A DNA stretch of 64,000 nt, taken from assembly GCA_963845145.1 (NCBI GenBank), contig CAWJQU010000017.1, forward strand, positions 160,001 through 224,000, read 5' to 3'. The DNA is from an uncultured delta proteobacterium (GTDB lineage Bacteria; Desulfobacterota; Desulfobacteria; Desulfobacterales; QNYZ01). A program made the position numbers and the translations under genes. Positions 50,667 to 61,341 of the stretch are shown here, piece after piece; position 1 is the stretch's first letter, and each line of letters begins with the position of its first letter. The notes below the pieces were generated by a model. The model did not search any database. It was not told the DNA's origin and saw nothing but the letters and a program-made list of their open reading frames with translations.

Positions 50667-50760
50667 ATGGTTTTACCGTATTGTAATTTCATTGTCACTG
50701 ATTACACTAAAGAATATGGTTACTAAAATATAAAAGCATCGGCGAAGTAATACTGATCCT

Positions 50761-53064
50761 ATGGAAAATCTGTCGAATCTCACACTGGAAACGGCCCCGC
50801 CGTTAGAAACGAAAAAGAGTTACCAGGAGCAATTTCAGGAAATAGGCAATAAAATTTACAGCGCCAAATCCCTGGATGACATTCTGGTCAATTTGAATGA
50901 CGATATTTCCGGTATGTTTGATGTCGAGAGAACATCCATCTTTACCGTGGACGGAAAAACCCGGCAACTTCTTTCAAAACATCGGTCCGGCAAGGGGTTG
51001 GACACAGCGCGTATACCCATTTCCAAGGATAATGTTCCCGGCCATGTTGTCATTGAAAAGAAAATAATCAATATCAAAAATGCGTCGGATGCTGCTGAAT
51101 TAACGCGTATTGGACCATCGCTCAGGCTTGATCCGGCCTCGGAATCAAAACAACCCCATCCTACCCGGCAAATTCTGGCCGCTCCCATTGAATATCGGAC
51201 GTTTACCCTCGGAACCATTGAGCTGGCGAACCGCAAGAACGGTTCCGGTTTTACCGATAAGGAGGCTTACCAACTTCAAAATCTTGCCACGATTTTGGGG
51301 ATTGCTCTTTTTAACCAACATCAAAAGGCTGCCGAACGTGTCACAAAATTCGGCTATCTGGTGGACCACAACCTCATTAGCCAAAAAGGCCTCCAGAAAG
51401 CGATTGTCGAAGCGAAAAGCCGCGGCAGGGCCGAGGCCGACGTACTGGTTAGTGACTACAAGGTTTCCAAAGGGGATATCGGTAAGTCCTTAAGCCGGTT
51501 TTACGGCGTGCCCTTCGTTGAGTATAACGCCAATATGGCGATTCCCGGTGAGTTGCTAATGGGCCTAAAAATCCCTTTTATGCGCAACAATTACTGGGTG
51601 CCGATACGGTATGATCAAAAAAAGAACAAGGTACTCATCGCCATCGACGATCCCCACGATCTTCAGAAAGTCGATGTCATCCAGACCCTGTTTAAGGGCA
51701 AGATAATCAGTTTCAACGTCGCGCTTCAGGGTGATATTATTGAAATCATCAATCTTTTCACTCGAAGCGAAAAAGAGCTGGCGGGGATAGACGACATTAT
51801 CTCTCAGCTCAGTGATGAAGCCGAAGAGATCGATGAAGCGGAGTCTAACATCGGCGAAGAGGACAGCGCCGTTGTTCAGGTCGTCAACAAGATTGTGATC
51901 GATGCCGATACGCGTGGGGCTTCGGATATTCATTTCGAACCGTATCCGGGTAAAGAAAACACCCAGGTCCGCTTCCGTGTGGATGGCCAGTGTTATGTGT
52001 ATCAGACAATCCCATATCACTATCGCAACGCCGTTGTATCCAGAATTAAAATCATGGCCGACCTGGATATTGCCGAACGGCGATTACCCCAGGACGGAAA
52101 GATAAAATTTAAAAAATACGGTGGGCGTAATATCGAACTGCGTGTGGCCACATTACCGACCCAGGGCGGGTTGGAGGATGTGGTTCTTCGTATTTTGGCC
52201 GCCGGTGAGCCCATCCCGTTAAATCGGATCGGTTTTTCCAAAAGCAACCTTGAAAATTTTAAAAAGGCGGTCAGCCAGCCCTATGGTATTATCTTTGTTT
52301 GCGGTCCCACCGGATCTGGAAAAACGACAACGCTCCATTCGGCATTAAGCTATATCAACAAGCCTGAAACGAAAATATGGACGGCCGAAGATCCGGTTGA
52401 AATTACCCAGAAGGGACTCCGGCAGGTTCAGGTCAAACCAAAAATCGGTCTTGATTTCCCCAGAGTCATGCGGTCGTTTTTGCGTGCGGATCCAGATGTA
52501 ATCATGGTGGGTGAAATGCGGGATAAGGAAACCACGCAGATCGGTATCGAAGCCTCATTGACCGGTCACTTGGTATTGTCCACGCTCCATACGAATAGTG
52601 CTCCGGAGAGTATCACACGTCTGCTCGATATGGGCATGGACCCCTTTAATTTTGCCGATGCCATTCTTGGCATTATGGCCCAGCGACTCGTCAGGACTTT
52701 ATGTTCCGAGTGTAAAGAAGCCTATAATCCCTCCAAGGAGGAATACAGTGCTCTCGTCCGCCTTTACGATCCGAAGTTATTTAAACAAAATCTCAATATC
52801 CCGTATTCAAAAGATTTAACCCTTTTCAAGCCAAAGGGATGTGACAACTGTAATGATACCGGATACCAGGGCCGAATGGCCATTCACGAGTTGCTCATGG
52901 GCACCGATGACATGAAACGATTGATTCAAACCAATGAACGCGTCGAAGCGCTTCGCAACCAGGCCCTGGCGGATGGCATGACCACTCTGAAGCAGGATGG
53001 TATCGAGAAAGTATTTGAGGGCCGCACAGATTTGGCTCAGGTACGCAAAGTAACAATCCGTTAA
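50761..53064 (+). CDS. GAF-domain GspE/PilB-family secretion/pilus ATPase
   Basis: N-terminal GAF-like region; ASDIHFEP, GPTGSGKTT, TAEDPVE, MVGEMRD, TGHLVLSTLHTN, CxxC pairs. Confidence 0.88.
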   Translation: MENLSNLTLETAPPLETKKSYQEQFQEIGNKIYSAKSLDDILVNLNDDISGMFDVERTSIFTVDGKTRQLLSKHRSGKGLDTARIPISKDNVPGHVVIEKKIINIKNASDAAELTRIGPSLRLDPASESKQPHPTRQILAAPIEYRTFTLGTIELANRKNGSGFTDKEAYQLQNLATILGIALFNQHQKAAERVTKFGYLVDHNLISQKGLQKAIVEAKSRGRAEADVLVSDYKVSKGDIGKSLSRFYGVPFVEYNANMAIPGELLMGLKIPFMRNNYWVPIRYDQKKNKVLIAIDDPHDLQKVDVIQTLFKGKIISFNVALQGDIIEIINLFTRSEKELAGIDDIISQLSDEAEEIDEAESNIGEEDSAVVQVVNKIVIDADTRGASDIHFEPYPGKENTQVRFRVDGQCYVYQTIPYHYRNAVVSRIKIMADLDIAERRLPQDGKIKFKKYGGRNIELRVATLPTQGGLEDVVLRILAAGEPIPLNRIGFSKSNLENFKKAVSQPYGIIFVCGPTGSGKTTTLHSALSYINKPETKIWTAEDPVEITQKGLRQVQVKPKIGLDFPRVMRSFLRADPDVIMVGEMRDKETTQIGIEASLTGHLVLSTLHTNSAPESITRLLDMGMDPFNFADAILGIMAQRLVRTLCSECKEAYNPSKEEYSALVRLYDPKLFKQNLNIPYSKDLTLFKPKGCDNCNDTGYQGRMAIHELLMGTDDMKRLIQTNERVEALRNQALADGMTTLKQDGIEKVFEGRTDLAQVRKVTIR

Positions 53065-53141
53065 CCCTGTTCCGTGTTCAGGGAACAATCAACTTAACCG
53101 TTGATTTGAAGTCTAAAATCTCACCTATACATTCCTCACAC

Positions 53142-53190
53142 GATTTACGAACCTGATATGATTTACGACCGGATATGATTTACAAACCGG
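53142..53190. repeat. Degenerate 17-18 bp tandem repeat, three copies
   Basis: GATTTACGAACCTGATAT / GATTTACGACCGGATAT / GATTTACAAACCGG overlapping the M48 stop codon. Confidence 0.6.
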
Positions 53191-55015
53191 CCTCGGCCGC
53201 ATCACGAAATTTCTTTAATTGTGTTTGAAAGTAGGCCTTGTTGGATTGGGCAAGTTCTGAGGCCCTTTGGGCCGTTCGTGCGGCTTTTTGAAATTGATGG
53301 TTTACAAAATAGCTCTCCGCCAGTGTGTCCAGGACATGCGCCCGGGGATCTTCGACGACGGCCCGGAGGGCTAAACGCAGGGCTTTCTCCGGATTTCTGA
53401 GCGATTCATCTTCGCAGGTGGCGTAGAGCCAGGCCAGGTTGTTTAAGCTTTCCGCATCCTGGGGGACCATATTTAGTGTACGCGTATAGAATTCAATGGC
53501 TTGTGAATATTTTTTCCACTGGTAATATAGCCCGGCCAATTCCCGGGTTATCTCCGGTCGGCCGGGATAATTATCAATCTTTTCTAAAAGAATTTTTTCA
53601 ACAAATTGGTGACTCAAGCGACGCCCGAAATTGCCAAAATTAACCTGGTAGCCCACCACGCCCACGAGTATCATGGCGATAACGAAAAGAGTCATGCCCT
53701 TTTTAATTTTACGATCCTGACGGTTGACCCACCGGCGATTGACTTCGCATCTTTCCAGGTAGTCAATGCGCTCCCCAATGCTGAAATGGTGCCAATTGGG
53801 TTTGTTAATCGGTTGGCCGCTGGCAAAGGCGATTTTTTTTAAAGTGGATATCAGGGGCTTGGCAGAATTAAAGAGGGTGTAAACGTAAGTATCGGCCTGG
53901 CGTTCAAAATTGCGCATGAAAAAACCAAATATATAACGGAAATAAACAATGAACATCACAATCGTGGCAATGGCAAATATAATCGCGGCGGTATTTGTGC
54001 CGTCTTGGCCCATCGTCTCCACCAACCAGGTTGTCGGCTGGGAGTAAATAATAAAGTAGATGATCAAATCAAAAATAGAGAGGGACAAGAGCATGTATCC
54101 ACCCAAAAAAAACAGATAAAACAGGAGGTGTCTTTTTTTTACATGTCCCAGTTCGTGGGCAATAACCGTATCGATCTCTTCGGGTGATAGAAATTCAAGA
54201 AGCGCATCGGTTACCAGCAAATATCTGAATCGTGCCACCAGCCCCATAACCCCGGCGGTGATCATCCGTCCGCCAAAGAGCGGCCAGTTTAAGATACCGG
54301 CGAACTTGACACCCGTGCGTCTGCACAACGCTTCGATGCGACGACGATCAGGTCCATCGGGAAGCGGCCGACAGTGCCAAAAAACCTTGACAATGGCTGG
54401 AGCCAGAATGGCCGCGAAAAACAAGAATACGAAAAAATAGATCGCTTGACCCGGGGTCGTATTAAGAAAACGTTTAAAACCATCAAAGGGCAACAGTTGA
54501 AGAAGGTCAAGAATGGTGGATAGGGCCAGCCAGGGCAATAGGACGGGTAAATTAAACGAGATTTGGCCACTAATGTAGTCCCGCCGGGTTGTGGCACCGG
54601 GAAAGAGCTGCTGGTGTGACCTATAGGCAGCGTTCCAGAGAATCGTCATGTAGCCGATGAAAAGCGCTAAAAAGATGATGGCTTCGAAAGTCGGAAATCC
54701 TTGAAAGAGGGGGATGGGTCGAAAAAAATCGGGCAGCGTGAGTCCATAAATCGTGGCAATGTAAGCCGCAAGGGCATAGATCGAATATCGTTTCAAGCCG
54801 TTATCAAACCGCTGACCCAGGACACCCGGAGCAGTCCCCGATTTTAATGCGGTTGATATACTGCGAAAAAAGCGTGCCGCCAGAAGTGAAAAGGTGGCCA
54901 CCAGCATCGCCAGTAAAAAAACGGTGAGGCCCACGCTAAATCGGGGGGTTTCCATCGGCTGATAGGTCGCATAAACAAGCAGGGCGAGAATGAAGAAGAT
55001 GAAGTTTCCAAACAT
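53180..55015 (-). CDS. M48-family membrane metallopeptidase with C-terminal TPRs
   Basis: HELGH, ERQAD, WHHFSIGERI; LNNLAW and LDTLAE TPRs. Confidence 0.88.
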   Translation of the reverse strand: MFGNFIFFILALLVYATYQPMETPRFSVGLTVFLLAMLVATFSLLAARFFRSISTALKSGTAPGVLGQRFDNGLKRYSIYALAAYIATIYGLTLPDFFRPIPLFQGFPTFEAIIFLALFIGYMTILWNAAYRSHQQLFPGATTRRDYISGQISFNLPVLLPWLALSTILDLLQLLPFDGFKRFLNTTPGQAIYFFVFLFFAAILAPAIVKVFWHCRPLPDGPDRRRIEALCRRTGVKFAGILNWPLFGGRMITAGVMGLVARFRYLLVTDALLEFLSPEEIDTVIAHELGHVKKRHLLFYLFFLGGYMLLSLSIFDLIIYFIIYSQPTTWLVETMGQDGTNTAAIIFAIATIVMFIVYFRYIFGFFMRNFERQADTYVYTLFNSAKPLISTLKKIAFASGQPINKPNWHHFSIGERIDYLERCEVNRRWVNRQDRKIKKGMTLFVIAMILVGVVGYQVNFGNFGRRLSHQFVEKILLEKIDNYPGRPEITRELAGLYYQWKKYSQAIEFYTRTLNMVPQDAESLNNLAWLYATCEDESLRNPEKALRLALRAVVEDPRAHVLDTLAESYFVNHQFQKAARTAQRASELAQSNKAYFQTQLKKFRDAAEAGL

Positions 55016-55031
55016 GGGCGATAATTGTCTG

Positions 55032-55580
55032 TCAGGATTGGCGGTGGTTTGATTTGCTGTAACGTTCGGCTTCGCTGTATATACATCCGCAGTATTGCTG
55101 GCGGTACATCCCTAAGGATTTAGACACTTTTATGCCCTCAGTCCAACCTTCGCGAAAATCCCGGTAGACAAATGGAATTTTCTCATTTTTTCCCACCGAT
55201 TCGCCGACAGACCGGATCAGATCGTGATTTTGGAATTTACTGTATAGCAAGGTGGAGGTAAATCCGTCGAATTTGCCGCGTTTGGCTAAAAAGGCCGTTG
55301 CCTGCATGCGTTCATGATAGCAGATGGTGCAGCGATCCGATTCGCGAAAGACGATTTTTTGTAAAAACATTTTAAGGTCGTAGGTGTCCGGATAGATAAT
55401 GTTAAGGTTAATATCGTCTGCGTAGGCCTTAAGGGCCTCCTCACGACGCTTGCACTCCATATAGGGGTGAATGTTATGGGGATAAAAATATCCCATCAGG
55501 CTTACCCCCTCCTCACGCAGCCGTCTGACCGGATAAATCGAACAGGGGCCGCAACAGGTATGGACGAGGAGTTTGGTCAT
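55032..55580 (-). CDS. queH: Epoxyqueuosine reductase QueH
   Basis: HTCCGPC, NIHP, RCTICY, YRQQYCGCIYS. Confidence 0.88.
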   Translation of the reverse strand: MTKLLVHTCCGPCSIYPVRRLREEGVSLMGYFYPHNIHPYMECKRREEALKAYADDINLNIIYPDTYDLKMFLQKIVFRESDRCTICYHERMQATAFLAKRGKFDGFTSTLLYSKFQNHDLIRSVGESVGKNEKIPFVYRDFREGWTEGIKVSKSLGMYRQQYCGCIYSEAERYSKSNHRQS

Positions 55581-56290
55581 TGGCGAATTCCAAAAAGGGC
55601 TGTTCCGACCCGAACCATTGTGGCCCCCTCAGCCACGGCTGCCTCAAAATCTCCGGTCATACCCATGGATAATTCATTCATGTGGATACGTTCAATAGCC
55701 ATATCTCTAATTTCATCACTTAGTTGTTTCAGTTGTCTAAAGTAAGGCCGAACCTTATCGGGCGCATTAAAAAACGGCGGCATGGTCATCAGGCCTTGAA
55801 GGGACAGGTGGGGCAGGGTGCTGATATGTCGGACAAGGGCTTCCGCGTCATTTGGAGCGGCACCCGCTTTGGATTTTTCTCCGGCCACATTGACCTGAAT
55901 GAGAATGGATTGCACTTTGCCTACTTTTTCTGCCTGCTTATTAATTTCATCGGCCAGGCGTTTAGAGTCCACCGAATGGATAAGGTCGAAAAGTCGAACC
56001 ACGTATTTGGCCTTGTTGCGCTGAAGGTGACCGATAAAGTGCCAATCGACGGTAACGGCGGCCAAAGCGGAAAACTTATCCCGCGCTTCCTGGACATAAT
56101 TCTCCCCAATGGTTTCTATACCAGCCTCGATGGCTATTCGCACCCTATCGGCGGAAATGGTTTTGCTGACCGCCACCAGTCGGACCTCTGACGGGTTGCG
56201 CCCGGCATCCTTAGCGCTACTATCGATCCGTCGGCGAATTGCAGAAATCCGCTGTTTCATATTTGTTAAAGGATCATGGTTGGGTTTCAA
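55577..56290 (-). CDS. yggS: PLP homeostasis protein
   Basis: LVAVSK, GENYVQE, WHFIGHLQRNK, LSMGMTGDF, VRVGTALFG. Confidence 0.93.
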   Translation of the reverse strand: MKPNHDPLTNMKQRISAIRRRIDSSAKDAGRNPSEVRLVAVSKTISADRVRIAIEAGIETIGENYVQEARDKFSALAAVTVDWHFIGHLQRNKAKYVVRLFDLIHSVDSKRLADEINKQAEKVGKVQSILIQVNVAGEKSKAGAAPNDAEALVRHISTLPHLSLQGLMTMPPFFNAPDKVRPYFRQLKQLSDEIRDMAIERIHMNELSMGMTGDFEAAVAEGATMVRVGTALFGIRQ

Positions 56291-56897
56291 AAACTTTTTC
56301 CCTAAAATGGTCCGTCAGCCCCAATTGATTCAGGCTGTCAACGATCTCGCTCATGGGCAGTCCGACAACATTGGTGTAAGACCCGGAAATGGTAGCCACC
56401 ATAAAAGCGCCTTGCCCCTGTATGGCATAGGCACCGGCCTTGTCAAACGGTTCTTTGGTATCAAGATACCATTCGATTTCAGCGTCGGTCAAGGATTTGA
56501 AACGGACAACCGTACAAACCATTTTTGATTCAGTGATCTTTTGTTTTTCACATCGGACGGCATAGCCTGTCAAAACTTTGTGAGTACGACCATTGAGCCG
56601 TTTCAACATCGCTCTTGCTTCGGCCGTCGAAGCCGGTTTCCCCAATAGGGCGCTATCGATAAACACAATGGTGTCTGCCCCGATAACATAGGCATCCGGG
56701 TATCGCCGGGCAACCGCCGCTGCTTTTTTTTCAGCCAACAACCGGGCCTGGTCTTCGGGAGCATGTAAGCCAATCAGCGTCTCATCAACAGCGCTGGGAA
56801 TGACATCGAATTTCAACCCCACCTGCTCCAAAAGGAACTTGCGGCGAGGAGAACCTGAAGCCAGGATTAATCGTGACTGTTTTTTTTGCCCTTTCAT
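56274..56897 (-). CDS. maf: Maf nucleoside triphosphate pyrophosphatase
   Basis: LILASGSPRR, IGADTIV, DKAGAYAIQG, NVVGLP. Confidence 0.93.
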   Translation of the reverse strand: MKGQKKQSRLILASGSPRRKFLLEQVGLKFDVIPSAVDETLIGLHAPEDQARLLAEKKAAAVARRYPDAYVIGADTIVFIDSALLGKPASTAEARAMLKRLNGRTHKVLTGYAVRCEKQKITESKMVCTVVRFKSLTDAEIEWYLDTKEPFDKAGAYAIQGQGAFMVATISGSYTNVVGLPMSEIVDSLNQLGLTDHFREKVFETQP

Positions 56898-57060
56898 TAT
56901 CCTCTCATTTTATCGATAAACGGCGTTATTTCAATCCAAGTGAAATGGGATACAGGATATCAGCAAAAATAAATTTTAGCTATCAATGCTTGACAGTGGT
57001 CGCCATACCGAGTAAAAAATCATCCAAATTAATGGGTCCCATTCATATCCATACCAAATA

Positions 57061-57149
57061 GCCCGGGTGGCGGAATAGGTAGACGCAAGGGACTTAAAAT
57101 CCCTCGGTCCTTAGAGACCGTGCGAGTTCAATTCTCGCCCCGGGCACCA
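57061..57149 (+). tRNA. tRNA-Leu (anticodon TAA)
   Basis: GCCCGGGTGGCGGAATAGGTAGACGCAAGGGAC-TTAAAA-TCCCT, long variable arm, GTTCAATTC, GGGCACCA. Confidence 0.96.
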
Positions 57150-57229
57150 AAAATTTTCAGTTAGTGGATTTCCTTGTCCCGCACTGTTTTCTGATTTGTC
57201 AGCTTACCGATTGAAAGACAGGTGATGGC

Positions 57230-57931
57230 ATAAAAACGCATTCTCTACGCATTTTAATTGTCGAAGATAATCCGGATCTTGCTGAAAATATAGCCGAATT
57301 TTTCGAGATCCAAGGTCATGTCCTCGATTTCGCCATGGACGGCATCGGTGGATTTCATCTGGCACTAACCGAAATTTATGATGCCATTATACTGGATATC
57401 ATGTTGCCGGGAATGGACGGATTGACTTTCTGCAAAAAATTGCGAGAAGAGGGGGGCAAGCAAACACCGGTGTTGATGTTAACCGCACGTGATACCCTTT
57501 TTGATAAATTGGAAGGTTTTAACGCCGGTACGGATGATTACCTGGTAAAGCCATTTGAGTTAGAAGAGCTTAGCGCCCGAATCCACGCCTTAGTCAGGCG
57601 TTCGGACCATTCGAAACAGAATCTTTTACGTGTCGGTGACCTTGAGGTCGATCTTGGAAAAATGCAAGCCCGACGAGCTGGCCTGCCGATCGAGTTGAAC
57701 CGCACTTGTCTGAAAATCCTTGTGTTACTGATAAAATCTTCGCCCAATGTCGTCACGCGTAATGACATTGAACATGAACTTTGGAAGGATATGCCACCTG
57801 ATAGTGATGCCCTCCGAAGCCATATTTACATCTTACGGCGGGCAATCGACAAGCCCTATAAGTATCAACTGATCAATACCGTACACGGTATCGGTTACCA
57901 ATTAGTAGATCCCCGTGACCTTTCGACATAG
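57230..57931 (+). CDS. OmpR-family response regulator with anomalous start (ATA at 57230 or a 1-nt loss after ATG 57225)
   Basis: In-frame LRILIVEDNPDLA upstream of the track start 57335; LDIMLPGMDG, MLTARD, KPF, TVHGIGY. Confidence 0.85.
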   Translation: MKTHSLRILIVEDNPDLAENIAEFFEIQGHVLDFAMDGIGGFHLALTEIYDAIILDIMLPGMDGLTFCKKLREEGGKQTPVLMLTARDTLFDKLEGFNAGTDDYLVKPFELEELSARIHALVRRSDHSKQNLLRVGDLEVDLGKMQARRAGLPIELNRTCLKILVLLIKSSPNVVTRNDIEHELWKDMPPDSDALRSHIYILRRAIDKPYKYQLINTVHGIGYQLVDPRDLST

Positions 57932-59204
57932 CCTTCGATTTCGAATCATTTTTTCGTTCTGTTTCTTCGGTGCCGTTCTCGGGATCGTTTATGCCACGAT
58001 TGTTTACATATCCCTGGACATGATTGATGACTATCTTATCAATGTCCGTTTTAAAGAGGAAACCGAGCATTTTATTAGTCAATATAAACGCCAAAGCGTC
58101 AATCCCCGGCCAATATCGCCTTATATCAGTGTCTATGTAGGCAAGGAATCCATGCCTGCTTCTAAATCGGAAATTGTTGCAGGGCTACCGGTTGGCGTTC
58201 ATGAAGCGTATCGTGATGGAGAAGAGTACCATATCGCGATACATCGCCTTCAAAATCAGGAAAACCGGTTGTACCTTTTCTATGAAGTTACCGATCTTGA
58301 ATTCACCGAAAAGCGCAAATTGGGCATACGACTTGTTTTGGTCGCTGGTGTTATTTTAATCACACTACTTGGTTGGTGGATTGGCTGGCTGACTTCACGC
58401 CGGGTCATCGCTCCAGTTGTTCAGTTATCAAAGGTCGTGGCCAAATCCGGGCCAGTTGATTTACCCATAAACCTTTCGAAATCTTTTTATGATGATGAAG
58501 TCGGTGTGCTTGCCAAAGGGCTTGAGCAGGCCATGGAAAGGGTTGAAACCTTTGTTGAACGTGAACAGCGATTTAGCCGTTACGCCAGCCATGAACTGCG
58601 AACTCCGGTAACCATTATCAAAGGGGCCGTGGAGTTGCTGAAGAAAAAACTCTCCCCCAAGGACGAACCCATATGGCGGACGTTGAAACGAATTGAACGA
58701 TCGGTCATTAATATGGAAAACATTATCGCGACACTCCTTTGGTTGTCGCGGGAAAATGAGGCGATTGAACGTGATCAACCGTTTGCCGTCGTACCGATTG
58801 TCCAGGAAACGATTAAACAGAATCGTTATCTGATCGGGAATAAACCAATCGATATAGAAGTTTTAATAGAGCACGAACCACAACTATCCTTGTCCCCCTT
58901 CCTGCTTCAAATTGCGGTCACCAATTTAATCCGTAATGCCATACAACATACGGAGTCAGGTAAAATCAGCGTTATCATCAAGCATGATCGTGTCATTGTG
59001 GCCGATAATGGTAGGGGCATGTCGACGGATGATTTGGCGGAGATCATCCAACATCAAGACCAGAAAGACTGGAAAAAGGGCGCTGGACTGGGACTTTTAA
59101 TTGTTAAGCGTTTATGTGGCCGCCTATCATGGACTTTGGAAATTGAAAGTGAAGCCGGCCGTGGCACAACGGTTCAACTGATTTTTCGAGCGGTTGAAGC
59201 CTAA
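57915..59204 (+). CDS. Sensor histidine kinase (two TM, HAMP)
   Basis: ASHELRTP, NLIRNA, DNGRG, GLGLLIV; overlaps the regulator stop. Confidence 0.9.
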   Translation: MTFRHSLRFRIIFSFCFFGAVLGIVYATIVYISLDMIDDYLINVRFKEETEHFISQYKRQSVNPRPISPYISVYVGKESMPASKSEIVAGLPVGVHEAYRDGEEYHIAIHRLQNQENRLYLFYEVTDLEFTEKRKLGIRLVLVAGVILITLLGWWIGWLTSRRVIAPVVQLSKVVAKSGPVDLPINLSKSFYDDEVGVLAKGLEQAMERVETFVEREQRFSRYASHELRTPVTIIKGAVELLKKKLSPKDEPIWRTLKRIERSVINMENIIATLLWLSRENEAIERDQPFAVVPIVQETIKQNRYLIGNKPIDIEVLIEHEPQLSLSPFLLQIAVTNLIRNAIQHTESGKISVIIKHDRVIVADNGRGMSTDDLAEIIQHQDQKDWKKGAGLGLLIVKRLCGRLSWTLEIESEAGRGTTVQLIFRAVEA

Positions 59205-59426
59205 CACCTTCCTGACTTATCCACCTGCAATCCATTTTTCACTTCAATTTGACATCAATTTCACGTTTTTTTCACAACTTACTTTGTAATCTCCGATTAT
59301 CAAAAATGCATTTAAATAAATGGGTGTTTAGATATTCATGTCACCCCTATAACGGATAGCGAAAAAAATATGGTTCGTTTTATGGCATCATTTAAAATAT
59401 GCGAAGCAGATTGGAAGAAGACGAAA

Positions 59427-60728
59427 ATGACAGTTAAAAACAGCTTGGACCATCGAATACTAACATTGGTTTGCGTAATGGTCGCAGTGTTTCCCCTTAT
59501 TTTTTTGTTTTCTTCGCCAAGCGATGCCGATGAAAATCGTTGGACAACTCGGTTCGAAACCATTGCGCGTGCCCTTGAGCGCGAGGCCGCCGATGGTCTT
59601 ACCCTGCCGATTTACGAATATATCAATATCGATTACACCCAACCCGACATGACCGGCCTGGCATTACATCTCTATGGCTGGGGTCGTTTGGCTTTAAACG
59701 AAGGGAACGACGACACGAATAATCCAGACGGTGAGCTATTATTCGGGTATGTCTCCTACAAATTCGCCGAAAGCGACCTTCAGGCACAATTGGGGCGAAT
59801 TGAGATGTTCAACCGGTTATCCAGTGAGGCTTTCGATGGGGTGCGGGTCACCATGCCCCTCTGGTCGTTTCTCGATGCGGAGGTTTTTGGCGGTTCCCCC
59901 ATTTCAAAGGATGCGGACGGAATAGAAGCCGGGAGTCTGATCTATGGCGGTAGTTTGACGCATCGAATTGACAACTTGTATCACCTGACGCTGGGCTATA
60001 AGCAGGTGGCCTATGATACCCTTGACGATGGCGAAACCCTAACCGTCAATTTTGGTTTCCAACCCTTTTCGTCGCTCTACTTTACGGGGCGGTCGACGTA
60101 TAACCTCACCAGCCAGGGGTGGCCGGAACATTCCTATCAATTAACCGTTTTAGCCGGTGATCTGAGCATAGAACCCTACTACCAACGATTTCAATTTGAC
60201 GATCTTTTTGGGGAGAAAAATAGTGTCCCTTCTCCTTTTCGTGCATTTGCGGATATAGGCGATGTATTGGATGTCGTGGGCGGCAAAATTGACTGGACGG
60301 CCAGCACCCATATCTCTACAGGGCTTACTATTGAAAAATACGGCCATAGCGAAAATGATATCAACGCCCTCTCTTCACAGCTGCGATTGCTGTGGCAACT
60401 ATCTTCCAATCTGCAGGTTGGAACCGATTTAGGTGTCGTTGACGGAGATACCGCCCGAACCGGTTATCGCCAAGGAAGGATCTTTTTCCATCTGGCTCAA
60501 ATTCCGCTTTACGGGATGGTCCTCTATTTTAGTGGCGATCTGTTGCTGGCAAATTATGATGAAGCATTCAATGGTGAGGATCGGTCGATAGATGTGACGG
60601 GTAGTGTCGGGAGCCATTTTTTAAATGATAAGCTTGAGCTAAAATTGGCGGCCGAATACAGCGAAAATCCGTATTTTTTAGAAGACTTTCGAGGAACATT
60701 CATTCTGATCTACAATATTGGTAATTAA
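59427..60728 (+). CDS. Putative outer-membrane beta-barrel (porin-like) protein
   Basis: Signal peptide, then many short amphipathic aromatic/Gly-rich segments (YEYINIDY, LHLYGWGR, FRGTFILIYNI); directly upstream of two cytochromes; start 59427 or 59370. Confidence 0.65.
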   Translation: MTVKNSLDHRILTLVCVMVAVFPLIFLFSSPSDADENRWTTRFETIARALEREAADGLTLPIYEYINIDYTQPDMTGLALHLYGWGRLALNEGNDDTNNPDGELLFGYVSYKFAESDLQAQLGRIEMFNRLSSEAFDGVRVTMPLWSFLDAEVFGGSPISKDADGIEAGSLIYGGSLTHRIDNLYHLTLGYKQVAYDTLDDGETLTVNFGFQPFSSLYFTGRSTYNLTSQGWPEHSYQLTVLAGDLSIEPYYQRFQFDDLFGEKNSVPSPFRAFADIGDVLDVVGGKIDWTASTHISTGLTIEKYGHSENDINALSSQLRLLWQLSSNLQVGTDLGVVDGDTARTGYRQGRIFFHLAQIPLYGMVLYFSGDLLLANYDEAFNGEDRSIDVTGSVGSHFLNDKLELKLAAEYSENPYFLEDFRGTFILIYNIGN

Positions 60729-60791
60729 CTGAAGGGCTGCAAGGATGGCAATATTCAATCGTGCGGGATTTATTAACAAAAGGAAACAACG

Positions 60792-61256
60792 ATGATTAAT
60801 CGAATCGGCGGCTGTCTTCTCATATTCATTATCGGGATAGGCCTGTTTGCATGTGCCACCATGACATCCGGGTATCGTTGGCCATCCATTCATCCTGAAG
60901 ACTTGGGTGGACAGCGGCCGCTATGTATCAGTTGCCATGATATTCAAGATGAGAATTTTCCATATGCAAGGTACAACCATACATTAGATTTCGGCACTCA
61001 GCACCGAATGGCGGCGTTTGAAAACGAACGTGCATGCCGGATGTGTCACCAGCAAAAGTTTTGTAGTGATTGCCATTCGGCCCGCACTGAACTGAAGCCT
61101 TCCACACGTTTTCCCGATAAAACGACGCGTCGCTTTCATCACCGTGGTGACTATCTGACGCGCCACCGAATCGACGGCAAACTTAATCCGGTCTCGTGTA
61201 TTCGTTGCCATGGAACGGCATCAACGACCACGCTTTGCCGCAAGTGCCACGGTTAA
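60792..61256 (+). CDS. Pentaheme c-type cytochrome lipoprotein
   Basis: Lipobox LFAC; CISCH, CRMCH, CSDCH, CIRCH, CRKCH; AGGA RBS. Confidence 0.9.
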   Translation: MINRIGGCLLIFIIGIGLFACATMTSGYRWPSIHPEDLGGQRPLCISCHDIQDENFPYARYNHTLDFGTQHRMAAFENERACRMCHQQKFCSDCHSARTELKPSTRFPDKTTRRFHHRGDYLTRHRIDGKLNPVSCIRCHGTASTTTLCRKCHG

Positions 61257-61341
61257 TCAATGATAACGCTATCAATTACCGCTGGCAGAGATCGCTAACG
61301 CAAACAGATACGACCGCGTTTCAATTTAGGAGCACGTAATA

